A model generated the notes under the pieces. It was not told the DNA's origin. It made no database searches and worked only from the letters and a program-made list of their open reading frames with translations. Positions 23,117-23,271 of a DNA stretch of 23,271 bases are shown piece after piece. Made by a program: the position numbers and the translations under genes. Source of the DNA: Bdellovibrionia bacterium (lineage in GTDB: Bacteria > Bdellovibrionota > UBA1018); contig JBMSSC010000034.1 in NCBI GenBank assembly GCA_049424145.1, positions 1-23,271 of the forward strand. The letters are read 5' to 3'. The first letter of the stretch is position 1, and each line of letters opens with the position of its first letter.

Positions 23117-23271
23117 ATGATCCAAGGGGAAAAGCTGGCGGGGCAAGATGTATTGGGGTGGATGGAGCAATCCATTAAAAAAGAATTTGATTCCAACCAA
23201 CGAGTGCTCTAGTTTCAAGAGTACTTAAACTTACTCACGGATCACCCCGCACAACACACCCGAGGCTCAGC
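23117..23271 (+). pseudogene. 5' end of a PrkA-family (AAA+/serine kinase)-like gene interrupted by an in-frame TAG at 23210-23212; runs off the window
   Basis: AGGA SD and ATG 23117: MIQGEKLAGQDVLGWMEQSIKKEFDSNQRVL*FQEYLNLLTDHPAQHTRGS... The pattern F..NR.(I/V)LSF.EYL.L...P....R.AA recalls myxobacterial/Bdellovibrionota PrkA N-termini, with TAG where Ser (TCG) would be. Only about 50 codons are visible. Confidence 0.55.

Noticed and set aside
23210..23212. Genome-wide TAG reassignment
   Set aside because: TAG ends the methyltransferase, globin, top6B and hydroxylase genes at plausible family-typical lengths.
1..23271. CRISPR arrays, IS elements, integrases, prophage genes, rRNA/tRNA
   Set aside because: No regularly spaced repeats, transposase/integrase motifs, terminal inverted repeats or RNA-gene signatures were seen by eye.

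Overview
Core-chromosome segment of a bacterium (about 45-50% GC by eye), most likely Bdellovibrionota/Oligoflexia-like. The taxonomy is inferred from gene content: a Bd0055-type histone, bacterial topoisomerase VI, a PrkA-like start and secreted orphan proteins. Left to right: (1) a partial secreted Met/Gly/Cys-rich coiled-coil protein that the ORF track missed; (2) 2-oxoacid (probably branched-chain) dehydrogenase E1 alpha/beta with a strong terminator; (3) exbB-exbD plus a membrane methyltransferase, divergent from a DUF4340 gene; (4) a secreted protein with a degenerate PI4K-like kinase fold; (5) cstA-CBS and a HAD phosphatase; (6) FKBP lipoprotein, bacterial histone and a truncated hemoglobin overlapping the histone; (7) converging on these, an M20 peptidase / SIS / fatty-acid hydroxylase / AI-2E / top6B / top6A run; (8) a stand-alone DEDD exonuclease, a 5'-nucleotidase lipoprotein and a PrkA-like 5' end broken by an in-frame TAG. 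The most notable feature is an archaea-like chromatin/topology neighbourhood (histone next to Topo VI) with the histone apparently translationally coupled to a globin. No rRNA, tRNA, CRISPR array or mobile element was recognised. All family calls come from motif recognition, not from database searches.
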